This document shows, piece after piece, positions 26,689 to 35,739 of a DNA stretch of 57,245 nt. Every line of letters starts with the position of its first letter. The first letter of the stretch is position 1. Both the position numbers and the translations under genes were made by a program. Under the pieces are notes generated by a model, which was not told the origin of the DNA, made no database searches, and saw only the letters and a list, made by a program, of their open reading frames with translations. Source of the stretch: a virus (taxonomy: Duplodnaviria; Caudoviricetes); the IMG/VR virus record IMGVR_UViG_3300010376_000010, positions 1 through 57,245 of that record; one strand, written 5' to 3'.

Positions 26689-26951
26689 TCCGCCTGAAAT
26701 CCCGCGCCGGTTCCGGCCTCGACTGGGAGTCCTACGACTCCCAGCAGGACTACCCGCTCATCAGCCGCACCCCGGTCGGTGCCTACCAGATCCACCACAG
26801 AAAGGACTCGGCGTATTACTCGTTCTACGTTGACGGTCACTACATCGGCCTCGCGCGCGGCCTCGATCGCGCCATTCGCCGGATGGAGGAAGTGCACCTC
26901 CACCGCTGCCAGGAGCGCGCGCGGCGCGATGCCGCCCGCAAGGAGCGTTGA
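26685..26951 (+). CDS. Hypothetical protein
   Basis: ATGA overlap. Confidence 0.65.
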   Translation: MIRLKSRAGSGLDWESYDSQQDYPLISRTPVGAYQIHHRKDSAYYSFYVDGHYIGLARGLDRAIRRMEEVHLHRCQERARRDAARKER

Positions 26952-26952
26952 A

Positions 26953-27174
26953 ATGCCAACCACGGAGAAACGCCGGGTGTGGTTCATCTGCTACGAGACG
27001 AACGATCCCGACGGTATCAGGCGCGGCAGAGTGAGTGTCGGCTATTTCGACCGGGAGGACGCCGACGCCGAGATGCTCGCGATCCTGAGACGGCCTGAGG
27101 TGCACCAGGCGCTGATGAACAGCGCGTGGATCGAAGAGGAGGAGACAACCGATGGCAACGATCATCGCGCCTGA
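26953..27174 (+). CDS. Hypothetical protein
   Basis: AGGAG RBS. Confidence 0.6.
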   Translation: MPTTEKRRVWFICYETNDPDGIRRGRVSVGYFDREDADAEMLAILRRPEVHQALMNSAWIEEEETTDGNDHRA

Positions 27175-27427
27175 CGGGCGGCGCGCGCATCTCACGCCCG
27201 CAGACGGTGAGCACTTCACCCTCGCGGAGATGCAGGCCGTCGTCGGCGGTCACATCGAGCTGGTCACGCTCAACGAGCACGACCTGATGTTTGTCAACGA
27301 GGACGGCCACCGGCTCGGCCTCACATTCAACCCGGTCGCCACCGCGCTTTACCACGAGGCCGGTGGCAGGCCCGAGTACCCGGTGCTCGGCACCGTCCTG
27401 CTCACGACGATTCAGGAGGTCAACTGA
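27152..27427 (+). CDS. DUF3846-like protein
   Basis: TLAEMQAVVGGHIE, FVNEDG..LGLTFNPVAT. Confidence 0.75.
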   Translation: MATIIAPDGRRAHLTPADGEHFTLAEMQAVVGGHIELVTLNEHDLMFVNEDGHRLGLTFNPVATALYHEAGGRPEYPVLGTVLLTTIQEVN

Positions 27428-27428
27428 C

Positions 27429-27668
27429 ATGCACGTCATCACCGTCCGGCACTACCGGATCAACCTCGATCAGGTCAACTACGTCATGAGCGGCACCGGC
27501 AAGGACCGGCGCGTGGACCCGGCGAAGGAGGTGCCGATCGTCCACATCTACTTCGGCGGCACGGGCGAGGGCACCTCGCTCGGCCTCTCCGGGGAGGACG
27601 CGCTGTCCTTCATCCGGCAGGTGGACGCCATTGACCAGACGATGCGCCCGATCGGGCAGGAGGGCTGA
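27429..27668 (+). CDS. Hypothetical protein
   Basis: GGAGG RBS. Confidence 0.65.
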   Translation: MHVITVRHYRINLDQVNYVMSGTGKDRRVDPAKEVPIVHIYFGGTGEGTSLGLSGEDALSFIRQVDAIDQTMRPIGQEG

Positions 27669-27747
27669 AGGTTCTTCTTTATCGCACAAGGAACGGTCAG
27701 TGGAATGTATAACGAGCGCTCTACGCAGCGCGATAAAGGAGAACCTT
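27668..27747 (+). promoter_or_regulatory. Hairpin family B, copy 1 (sequesters the RBS of 27748)
   Basis: AAGGTTCTTCTTTATCGCAC...GCGCGATAAAGGAGAACCTT-ATG. Confidence 0.7.
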
Positions 27748-27987
27748 ATGCTGACGATCGATGGCACCGTCTTCGCGGAGGTCGTCAGCGTGGACGACAG
27801 CGACGGCATGTACTCATTCACGCTCGGGGCCAGCCCGATGCCCGCGAATCAGATCCCGCCCGAGATGCGGGACAACCTGAAGATCATCGAATACCTGGAG
27901 GGCTGGGGCGAGTGGACGCACGCCCTCGGCTACGAGCGGCGTGTCGGTGTGAAGGTCTGGTTCTTCGGGCGCGCGCAGGAGGGGTAG
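27748..27987 (+). CDS. Hypothetical protein
   Basis: AAGGAG RBS. Confidence 0.65.
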   Translation: MLTIDGTVFAEVVSVDDSDGMYSFTLGASPMPANQIPPEMRDNLKIIEYLEGWGEWTHALGYERRVGVKVWFFGRAQEG

Positions 27988-27989
27988 CA

Positions 27990-28208
27990 ATGAACAACGC
28001 GCTGGAGGAGCTTCGCGTCACCGTCACCGATACCGACGGCAACGAAATCCGCGTCTACGACCAGTACCGCTTCGCACCGAGCAGTGGTCGCCGCACCTTC
28101 ATCGGCTACCGCATCGACAACGGCAAAGACCAATGGCAGGTGCCGAACTGGCTCGCTGTCCTGAAGGTCATCGGGCCGTATCTGCGCGATCCGGGTGTTC
28201 CGTTCTAA
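27990..28208 (+). CDS. Hypothetical protein
   Basis: GGAGG RBS. Confidence 0.65.
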   Translation: MNNALEELRVTVTDTDGNEIRVYDQYRFAPSSGRRTFIGYRIDNGKDQWQVPNWLAVLKVIGPYLRDPGVPF

Positions 28209-28219
28209 GGAGGTCTGAC

Positions 28220-28429
28220 ATGCTCACATCGTGGCCCCCGGTGGCAACCGGGATCACCCCGGACGAGTTGCGCAGGCGTCGCCAGGCACTCGGCCTCTCA
28301 CCGACCGCGCTGGCGCGGGCACTCGGCGTCCACCGCGCATCGATCTACCACTGGGAAACGGGAGAGGGGAAGCCGCCGAAGATGCTGGCGCTGGCGATCG
28401 AGCGCCTCGAATCGCTGCGCCGTCAATGA
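28220..28429 (+). CDS. XRE-family HTH protein
   Basis: LRRRRQALGLSPTALARALGVHRASIYHWETGE. Confidence 0.8.
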   Translation: MLTSWPPVATGITPDELRRRRQALGLSPTALARALGVHRASIYHWETGEGKPPKMLALAIERLESLRRQ

Positions 28430-28638
28430 TCCCGCAGCACCACTGGTCGCCTGCCGCGATGTCCATGCTGCCGCCGGTACGCGGCGAGGTCGTCGGCGGT
28501 CACGCAGTACCGGTGCGCGCGTGTCGGCGGATTCGGGTGCGGCCGCTTCGGCAGATGGCCGCGCCGCATTGCCTGGTAGATGCTGTCAACCCGTACACCC
28601 AGTATCGCCGCCGCCTGCTCTGCTGTGTACACCATCAT
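28423..28638 (-). CDS. Excisionase-like HTH protein
   Basis: YTAEQAAAILGVRVDSIYQAMRRGHL; AGGAG RBS. Confidence 0.75.
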   Translation of the reverse strand: MMVYTAEQAAAILGVRVDSIYQAMRRGHLPKRPHPNPPTRAHRYCVTADDLAAYRRQHGHRGRRPVVLRDH

Positions 28639-28654
28639 GCGCTCCTGTACAGAA

Positions 28655-28712
28655 CTGGTGACCGGTTTGCAGAGGGCCGTAGGTCTTGCGGGCTTCGCAA
28701 ACCGGTCACCAG
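28655..28712 (+). repeat. Hairpin family A, copy 1
   Basis: CTGGTGACCGGTTTGC-AGAGGGCCGT...TGCGGGCTTC-GCAAACCGGTCACCAG. Confidence 0.85.
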
Positions 28713-28747
28713 AAGCCGACATCCTTCGGCACCAGTGTACGAGCACG

Positions 28748-28776
28748 TTGCACAAAGTGTCGATCTCTGCTACACT
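28748..28776 (+). promoter_or_regulatory. Sigma70-like promoter TTGCAC-N17-TACACT (extended TG)
   Basis: Upstream of the 28870 operon. Confidence 0.65.
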
Positions 28777-28869
28777 CCGGGGGTGGGAAATCTGTTCTCA
28801 CGAGACGCAAAAAGCCGCACGGCGCGAACCGGGCGGCGACGAGAGAAACCTGTTATGGAGGTTCCACTC

Positions 28870-29175
28870 ATGGTCCACTCTACACCCTCCGACAAGCCAC
28901 TGCCACAGCTCCTCAGATGGGAAACCGAGATCTCCGGTCGTCGCTGGAATGCGCGGACGGAGTTCGGCGAGTACACGATCTGCGCCGGGACGCGCGAGCA
29001 GCCGTCCCATGTCCTGCGCCTGAACGGCGAGCAGGTGATGACCTTCCCGTACCGCGACGAGGACGAGCACCGGATCCGGATGCTCCGGACCGCGCATAAC
29101 TTCGCCGAGCAGCACCTCGCCAATGCGCGCGAGGTCTGGGCCTGCTACGACGCGCAGGGGGAGGGTGAGCGATGA
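28870..29175 (+). CDS. Hypothetical protein
   Basis: GGAGG RBS. Confidence 0.6.
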   Translation: MVHSTPSDKPLPQLLRWETEISGRRWNARTEFGEYTICAGTREQPSHVLRLNGEQVMTFPYRDEDEHRIRMLRTAHNFAEQHLANAREVWACYDAQGEGER

Positions 29176-29429
29176 CCAGCAAATACGACCGCTATGTGCA
29201 CGTGAAGTACAGCTTTCGCGGCGTCCCCACCTACCTCGTCGGGTTATGGGACCAGAAGGCCGCACAGTACTACTGGCCGATCTCGGCGCGCGCGCAGCGG
29301 CTCAGTGGCGCGTCCATGGCCTTCTCACGCACGATCGCCGGGTTCAACGGCAGCTTCTCCTACAAGACCCGGAAGAGCGCGCTCGCGGCTGCACGGCGCA
29401 TCTACGGGCCACTGGTGGACGCGCGATGA
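29172..29429 (+). CDS. Basic hypothetical protein
   Basis: ATGA overlap. Confidence 0.65.
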   Translation: MTSKYDRYVHVKYSFRGVPTYLVGLWDQKAAQYYWPISARAQRLSGASMAFSRTIAGFNGSFSYKTRKSALAAARRIYGPLVDAR

Positions 29430-29692
29430 ACTACGTGCCGCAGCCACCGACCGTCTGCCCGCTCGCGAACGTGGCGATCATCTTCGCGACGCTCGGCTGC
29501 TTCTTCGCACCGTTCCTCGTGGTCGGCCTCGTGGCCGGTCACCTCGCCATCGCCGATATCGATCGCAGCTACGGCACGCTCACCGGCTTCGGCCGCGCGC
29601 GCACCGCCTGCATCATGGGCTGGTGCGGCACCGTCGTCTACGTGCTCGTCTTCGTCTGGGTGCTCATCACCCGCCACAATCAGGGAGTCTGA
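29426..29692 (+). CDS. DUF4190-like membrane protein
   Basis: Two TM helices; GLVAGHLA..DI...G...G.GRA...IMG. Confidence 0.75.
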   Translation: MNYVPQPPTVCPLANVAIIFATLGCFFAPFLVVGLVAGHLAIADIDRSYGTLTGFGRARTACIMGWCGTVVYVLVFVWVLITRHNQGV

Positions 29693-29694
29693 TC

Positions 29695-30153
29695 ATGACC
29701 GCCACCATGCACCGTCTCGTCTCGAAGGCACCGACGGCGGAAATCACGAACCGCGTCACCGACTTCACCGAGATCGTCGGCCTGCACGCGCCCTGGGCGC
29801 ACGAGGTCACCGCGTTCCGCGTCACCTTCGTCACCTGCACGTCGGTTGACGCCGAGCTGACCTATGGCCGTCAGGGCACCATGCGCCTGATTTTCTACCG
29901 CTACCGGCCGAGCGCGGACGATCCCGACATCGGTGACCAGCTCACCGTCACACCCGGTCGTGGCGAGGAAGTCCTGATCGCCCAGCAACACCGGGTCACG
30001 CCGACCGGCTACGACGACACCGGCACCGCGATCCTCGAAGACGTGCCGAACACGATCCGCATGGGTGCGACCAGCTACGATGGCGACCGACTCCTTCAGC
30101 TCATGCACGCCGTCCACGAGATGCTCGTCCCGCCCGCGCTCATCGCGGATTGA
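29695..30153 (+). CDS. Hypothetical protein
   Basis: GGGAG RBS. Confidence 0.65.
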   Translation: MTATMHRLVSKAPTAEITNRVTDFTEIVGLHAPWAHEVTAFRVTFVTCTSVDAELTYGRQGTMRLIFYRYRPSADDPDIGDQLTVTPGRGEEVLIAQQHRVTPTGYDDTGTAILEDVPNTIRMGATSYDGDRLLQLMHAVHEMLVPPALIAD

Positions 30154-30348
30154 TCTGGAGGGCCGTGATGCGGCACTTCTCTCTGCACCCACCTCCTGAT
30201 GCGTCTTTCGCCAGAAAACGCCGTAGCGTGGCTCACAGCGCGTTCTGGGGGCATTCCTGACACGGGGGTTCAGGGGCAGCGCGCCGTGCGTTCGCCCCTC
30301 GCGCGTTGATTGCTGGCTCATGACAGCCAGCGGAAGAGGAAACACTGG

Positions 30349-31278
30349 ATGGTATCGACGATTCTCCCCGCAGTTCATGACGATGTGCCCGAGATCTTCC
30401 GGTTTCTCGGTGTGGAGTCGATCATTCGCTGGGAGCAGTACTTCATCGCCCCGGCACTGATCACGCCGGATCAGGCACGCACCATTGCCGAGCGGATGCA
30501 CAGCAATCGTGACTACAGCGATCGGCGGATGCAGCGCTACCTCAAGGACATGGACCGTGGTGCCTGGAAAGCGCTCTCATCCACGATCTACTTCTCGGGG
30601 CCGAATCTCGTGGACGGCCAGACGCGCATCAAGGCACTCGTGCGTTCAGGCGAGGCGGGTATGGCCGGTCAGGCACAATCCTTCCTGATCGTCGTCAGGC
30701 CCGAGGGAGACGATGGCGCGTACGACATGCAGCACCAGCGGCGCGTGAGCGACTTCCTTGACATGACCGTCGCGGAAAACTTCGAGGGCATGAACAAGCA
30801 CCAGGTCGCATGGACGGCTGAAGCACTGGCGATCTACTTCCTCTGGGCGCGCGACTCACTGAAGGAATATGAGACACGCTCACGGATGCAGGAAGTCGAA
30901 CTGCTGACGGAGGACACCGAGCTGACAATTTTCGGCGTCACCTGTCGGCAGGCATGGTTCAGGCAGCATCACAACCCGCTGCCGATGGCGGCGCTCGCAG
31001 CGCTGTTCGCCTGCTTCCACACCGATCGGGCAGTCGCCGAACAGTTCGCGCTCGCAGTGACTACCCATGAGAATGTGCTGCTCGAATCACCGGCAGACCG
31101 GGTCACCAAATGGATCAACGACCATGTGCTGGACGCGCGGCGCGGCAAGAGCGAGCCGAACTCCTTCCAGTGGTGGAACTGCGTCGTCACGGGCTTCGAG
31201 CATTTCCGCACGGGAAGGGAACTGGCTTCGTTCCGGCTCCCGAGCGATCGCTTTGTCATGCCGAAAGGAAACGACTAA
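30349..31278 (+). CDS. ParB/Srx-like (DGQxR motif) protein
   Basis: ITPDQA, NRDYS...Y..DM..G.W, LVDGQTRIKA. Confidence 0.7.
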   Translation: MVSTILPAVHDDVPEIFRFLGVESIIRWEQYFIAPALITPDQARTIAERMHSNRDYSDRRMQRYLKDMDRGAWKALSSTIYFSGPNLVDGQTRIKALVRSGEAGMAGQAQSFLIVVRPEGDDGAYDMQHQRRVSDFLDMTVAENFEGMNKHQVAWTAEALAIYFLWARDSLKEYETRSRMQEVELLTEDTELTIFGVTCRQAWFRQHHNPLPMAALAALFACFHTDRAVAEQFALAVTTHENVLLESPADRVTKWINDHVLDARRGKSEPNSFQWWNCVVTGFEHFRTGRELASFRLPSDRFVMPKGND

Positions 31279-32318
31279 TGGACGAACTGGCAATCCACCC
31301 CTATGCAAACCTGCTCCCGATGATGACCCAGACTGAATACGAGGCACTCAAGCTCAGTGTCCAGGCTGACGGGTTGCTCCAGGCGATCGTACTCTTCGAG
31401 GGCAAGATCCTTGACGGCCGGAACCGCTACCGCGCTTGTATCGAAACTGGCACGCCAGTCAGGACCGTGGACTACGACGGCGGTGACCCGGTCGGTTTCG
31501 CGCTCGCCACAAATAGCCATCGGCGCACGCTCACGCTCAAGCAGCGGGCGATCGCCGGGGTACAGGCTGCTGACATCTACCGCAGGCAAGCACGCGAAGC
31601 GCAACGGCAGGCAGGCCGGATGCACGGCCGGGGTAAAAGCTTGGTATCCGAGGATACCAAGCTATCGGACCAGCCCCAGCAAGGCGAAACAGGCACCGCT
31701 TCCGGGGCAGACATCGCCGCAGGACGCACACGCAAGCGCCTTGCCGAGCAGGTTGGCGTCAGCGAGGTCACCATGCAGCGGGCACTTGAGGTCGCGGATG
31801 GCGACAAGGAACTCTGGAAGCGCGTGTGTGACCCCGATAACGAGAAGACGATCACGATCACGGGCGCGTGGCGGGAGCTGCGCGGGGTGCCAGCAGATGG
31901 CCGGTCGGACGCAAAGATCGACTATGTCATCGTCGAACCCTGGCTAGAGCAGAAGCCGAAGACGACGAAGCTGTCCGACTGGCAGAAAGCGTTCTACCGA
32001 CAACGGGAGAAAGCCGAGAAGTTGCAGCAACAGCTCTCGCTCACCAGGAGTCGGGCCTCGCACATGAAGTTCAAAGAGCAGGAGGAGATCAAAGGACTCG
32101 CGAAAGCGGAATACAACCGCATCGTCCACCAGGAACGCACGAAGTGGGCCTGCGTCCTTGCCTTCTCGGAGGGGCACCTGACGATGCGGCAGGCAGCGCA
32201 GCGTGCGGGGATGTCCCTCTCGCAGTTCCAGGTCGCCGTCACGGATCTGCGCCGCTTCCTGGATCTCCCGAAGGGTACAGAGCTGCCGTCGGGGGAGACG
32301 GAGGATGGCTCGCAATGA
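31278..32318 (+). CDS. ParB N-terminal domain protein with HTHs
   Basis: HPYANLLPMM, ILDGRNRYRAC, NSHRRTLT; TAATG coupling. Confidence 0.85.
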   Translation: MDELAIHPYANLLPMMTQTEYEALKLSVQADGLLQAIVLFEGKILDGRNRYRACIETGTPVRTVDYDGGDPVGFALATNSHRRTLTLKQRAIAGVQAADIYRRQAREAQRQAGRMHGRGKSLVSEDTKLSDQPQQGETGTASGADIAAGRTRKRLAEQVGVSEVTMQRALEVADGDKELWKRVCDPDNEKTITITGAWRELRGVPADGRSDAKIDYVIVEPWLEQKPKTTKLSDWQKAFYRQREKAEKLQQQLSLTRSRASHMKFKEQEEIKGLAKAEYNRIVHQERTKWACVLAFSEGHLTMRQAAQRAGMSLSQFQVAVTDLRRFLDLPKGTELPSGETEDGSQ

Positions 32319-33307
32319 CTGCCCCGCTCATCCGACTTGCCGACCGCATCCGTGCGGCGAGCGCGGACACGAGAGCGGTCGATCCGATCCGGATGAACCG
32401 CGCCTACCCTCAGTCCGTCGCGTCCTATTTCACGCTCATCCACAAGGCACTCCGTGAGGGGGTGCCTTGTATCATCGGAGATAACATCAGCGAGTACTAT
32501 TATTACGGTAGCGATCAGGAACACTGGGATATCAAGCGTGATTTCCCCTGCCTGGTCCCACCATTTCCGAGCTTCTGGATTGAATGGACGCAGCCTTCCG
32601 CGATCCGTTCGCGCGTCCACCCCGACGCCATCCGTGAGCTGTCCACATACCCGATCTGTGGCACGCTCGTGGTGACCTACCCGCCCGAGCGTGTCCCAAA
32701 CGTCTGGCTCCAGGCCGAGGAAGCGAACCGCGCGTCATGGTCCGACTTCACCGCAGGCGCGCGCTTCGTCATCATGCTGACGCCGGTCGCGTTCATGGAG
32801 ACGATGTTCTCGGTGCCCTGCGGCGAATACTGGATTTCGATCGATGCCGAGGGCAACGTGATCAACTACGTGGCGATGACGCTCGGCGATCCCGAGTGGG
32901 CCTACGTGATCGGCCACGCCGCGCCTGTGTTTATCCACCCCGCGCTGTTGACACTGACCTTTATGAACCTCAGAAATGGCACCCTGACCGAACCGGCGCT
33001 GCACGCACCCGAGAAGTTTGCGCGCGCCTATCAGAAACGACGCGGTCAGGAGCTGGTCCGCTACCGGACCGTGGTCGTCGATCCGAACCGGACGGGGAAG
33101 CCGTCACTTCCGCAGGGGAACAGCGGGCGGAACATGCCGTTGCACCTTGTCCGTGGGCACATTGCCAGATATGGCGGGGAACACGGGAAGCTGTTCGGCC
33201 GCTATGAGGGCGTTTTCTTCCGCCCGGCGCACACGAGGGGGAAGCGAGAGGAAGGGACATCGGTACACGATTACGCGGTGAAGGCACCGCGAAAGGAAGG
33301 GGTGTGA
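32315..33307 (+). CDS. Conserved hypothetical protein, HxVRGH family, paralogue 2
   Basis: PPFPSFWIE; HLVRGHIARY...LFGRYEGVFFRPAHTRG. Confidence 0.8.
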   Translation: MTAPLIRLADRIRAASADTRAVDPIRMNRAYPQSVASYFTLIHKALREGVPCIIGDNISEYYYYGSDQEHWDIKRDFPCLVPPFPSFWIEWTQPSAIRSRVHPDAIRELSTYPICGTLVVTYPPERVPNVWLQAEEANRASWSDFTAGARFVIMLTPVAFMETMFSVPCGEYWISIDAEGNVINYVAMTLGDPEWAYVIGHAAPVFIHPALLTLTFMNLRNGTLTEPALHAPEKFARAYQKRRGQELVRYRTVVVDPNRTGKPSLPQGNSGRNMPLHLVRGHIARYGGEHGKLFGRYEGVFFRPAHTRGKREEGTSVHDYAVKAPRKEGV

Positions 33308-34233
33308 TGTTCATCGATGACCTGATCGCAGACGGCAAGGCGTCGCGTGAGAACCTGCCGGGGCACGTGGTATTCGATATGCGCAACGTCTTTGACGCGC
33401 TCCCTGACTTTGGCTGGTATAAGCCGATGGACAAACTGTTCTCGTCCACATCGATCCGCCCGCCGTACCCGCTCACGTGGCTTGAGTTCCTCAATGTGGA
33501 CGAGCACCAGCGCGATCGTTACGGATGCAGCGCGCGCGAAATGACGTTCGACCAACTGCGGCAGACGCTCCAGCGGGTGCCAGAGCCACAGCGCAGGGGC
33601 ACCGTGGAACTGATCGACCGTTTCATCGCAGACGGCGCGGCATCCATGGTCAGTTTCTCCTGGTATTACGGTCAGGCAGGACGTACCTGGCCACTCATCC
33701 GCGTCCTCCTGCCGGTTGACGAGAAGTTCGTGATGCTTCCCATCGACTTCGAGAACCCTGCCAACGACAAAGGCGGCTTCCTCTACATGCATCAGGCCGG
33801 TGAAATGCCGGGGCAGGATGACACCGTCTACGTCCAGCAGACGTTCTATGGCGCGTACTTCCTCGCGGTGCTGCACGTGCGCAATATCGTCCTCGATGAT
33901 CACGCGCCGGACCCGGCCGTGCAGCGCGCGCGCGTTCGTCGCCACAAACAGCCGCTGATGCATTTCAAGACGCTGCGTGTGGTGACCCCAGGAAGCGTCA
34001 GGACGGCTCAGGAGCCGCGAGAACGGGGTGAGCCACAGGTGATCGCCTTTCACATCGTGCGAGGCTACTGGGCGCATTACAGCGACGACCGGCCGCTCTT
34101 TGGTCGGCCCGGTCTGTCGGGCACCTTCTGGATCCCGTCGCATGCCCGTGGCAGGAGTGACGCGGGCGTCGTGGTGAAGGATTATGCAGTCGTACGGAAG
34201 GAGGAAGCTGAACCGGTTGCGGCAGAGGAGTAG
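33304..34233 (+). CDS. Conserved hypothetical protein, HxVRGH family, paralogue 3
   Basis: PPYPLTWLE; HIVRGYWAHY...LFG...GTFWIPSHARG. Confidence 0.8.
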   Translation: MMFIDDLIADGKASRENLPGHVVFDMRNVFDALPDFGWYKPMDKLFSSTSIRPPYPLTWLEFLNVDEHQRDRYGCSAREMTFDQLRQTLQRVPEPQRRGTVELIDRFIADGAASMVSFSWYYGQAGRTWPLIRVLLPVDEKFVMLPIDFENPANDKGGFLYMHQAGEMPGQDDTVYVQQTFYGAYFLAVLHVRNIVLDDHAPDPAVQRARVRRHKQPLMHFKTLRVVTPGSVRTAQEPRERGEPQVIAFHIVRGYWAHYSDDRPLFGRPGLSGTFWIPSHARGRSDAGVVVKDYAVVRKEEAEPVAAEE

Positions 34234-34252
34234 TGAAGGACAGGGGGACTCC

Positions 34253-34945
34253 GTGGAGGAACAGCAACAGGCATTCGACCTCAACTTGCTCGAGGAAATT
34301 CGCACGAGCATCGAGTACGTCGCGCCGGACATGAGCGACTACCTGATGCTCAGTGAGCTGGCGCGCGTCACGAAGCTGACGCACCACCGGCTCTATTACG
34401 GCATCAAATACGGCAAGAAGCGGCCGCTCTACGGCATCAAAAGGGGCGATCGCTGGTTCGTCCACCGGCTGGATGCATTGCAGTGGGCAGCGGACTCCCT
34501 CAATGACCAGGCAGATCGTGCCCTGAAGCACGCGCGGCGGATTGGCCGGATCATCGATCGCGAGAAGCTGGAGAAGATGCGGCGAGAGAACCCGCCGCAG
34601 CGCATGACGCGTGTCCGCTACGATGTCGCGCCTGCCGGTCTGCGCACCTATACCTACATGCAGGCGGCGACGGCTGTGCAGACATCCGTGCAGACGATGG
34701 GCGTCTACCTGACCAAAGGCAACCAGCTCGGCGACGTGCCGCGCTACATCACCGACGACGGCCGCGTGGTCATGCCAGCGGACCCGATCGATGCATTCGC
34801 GGCGACGCAGTCCGAGAAACGCAAAGCGAGCGCGCACCGCAAGTTCCCGACACCGACGGCCGAAGAGGCCGAGCGCGACCGCGCTGAGGGCGTGGGACGA
34901 GGACGCCGGAAGCATCTCACAGCAGTGGAACGCGGCGCAGCCTAG
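34253..34945 (+). CDS. Protein with two probable HTH modules
   Basis: LMLSELARVTKL...KRGDRWFV and YTYMQAATAV...GRVVMP. Confidence 0.55.
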   Translation: MEEQQQAFDLNLLEEIRTSIEYVAPDMSDYLMLSELARVTKLTHHRLYYGIKYGKKRPLYGIKRGDRWFVHRLDALQWAADSLNDQADRALKHARRIGRIIDREKLEKMRRENPPQRMTRVRYDVAPAGLRTYTYMQAATAVQTSVQTMGVYLTKGNQLGDVPRYITDDGRVVMPADPIDAFAATQSEKRKASAHRKFPTPTAEEAERDRAEGVGRGRRKHLTAVERGAA

Positions 34946-34983
34946 GGACAACTGGCAAGGGTTCGGGACAAAGGACGATTGCC

Positions 34984-35739
34984 ATGAGTGACGGATTGAG
35001 CCATGCACAGCGCGTGTTGCAGCGCGCTGTTCTCCCCCAACGGCGCATCGAACCCGCGTGGTGGGACATGATGCCGCCAACCATCCCCGGACTGCGCGGG
35101 CAGTCACCGCCCCTGCTTGATCAGGGCGATCCCCTGCACGACCTCGATCCGATCCCCGAGCCGCCGCCGCGCGACTGGCGCACCGTGCCGCTCCCGGCGC
35201 GGATGGCACGGCTCCCGAGAGACTATCGCGGTTACCCGATCTTCTACACCGTGCAGCCGGACCCAAAACCGGCCGACGGCGCGCGCGTCGATTTCCGCGT
35301 CCTCAATATGGCGCACCACATGGAATGCGCGATCAGGCGGACCTGTGCGATCTGCAATAAGCGGCTCGGCTCCCGGCTCTTCTTCCTTGGCGGTCCGATG
35401 TGCGTACAGAACCGCGTCTTTGGCGACGGCCCGGTCCACGAGGAGTGCGGCCGCTACGCGATGCGCGTCTGTCCGTACCTCTCGATCGCGTCCAAGCAGT
35501 ACCGCATGACCGATGTGGAGGAGAAACAGTACGAGGACGGCAGCTACGACAGCTTCGACGCGAACGCCATCCTCATCAAGCCACAGCGTGTCGTCATTTA
35601 CATCTGTGGCGATTACCATGTCGCGCCGGTTCCGGGCGGGAAGCACATCTATCGGGTTCCGCCTGGAGGCATCGCCGAGTGGTACACCACCGAGGGCAGG
35701 TATCTCTGCCGCACGCGGCCGACGGGCTTCGCACAGTGA
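34984..35739 (+). CDS. Cys/His-rich (Zn-binding) conserved phage protein
   Basis: RGYPIF, CAICNKRL, PVHEECGRYAMRVCPYL. Confidence 0.7.
   Translation: MSDGLSHAQRVLQRAVLPQRRIEPAWWDMMPPTIPGLRGQSPPLLDQGDPLHDLDPIPEPPPRDWRTVPLPARMARLPRDYRGYPIFYTVQPDPKPADGARVDFRVLNMAHHMECAIRRTCAICNKRLGSRLFFLGGPMCVQNRVFGDGPVHEECGRYAMRVCPYLSIASKQYRMTDVEEKQYEDGSYDSFDANAILIKPQRVVIYICGDYHVAPVPGGKHIYRVPPGGIAEWYTTEGRYLCRTRPTGFAQ

Noticed and set aside
28655-28712. Family A hairpins as true integron attC sites
   Set aside because: No consistent RYYYAAC/GTTRRRY ends and no integron integrase; kept only as a structural analogy
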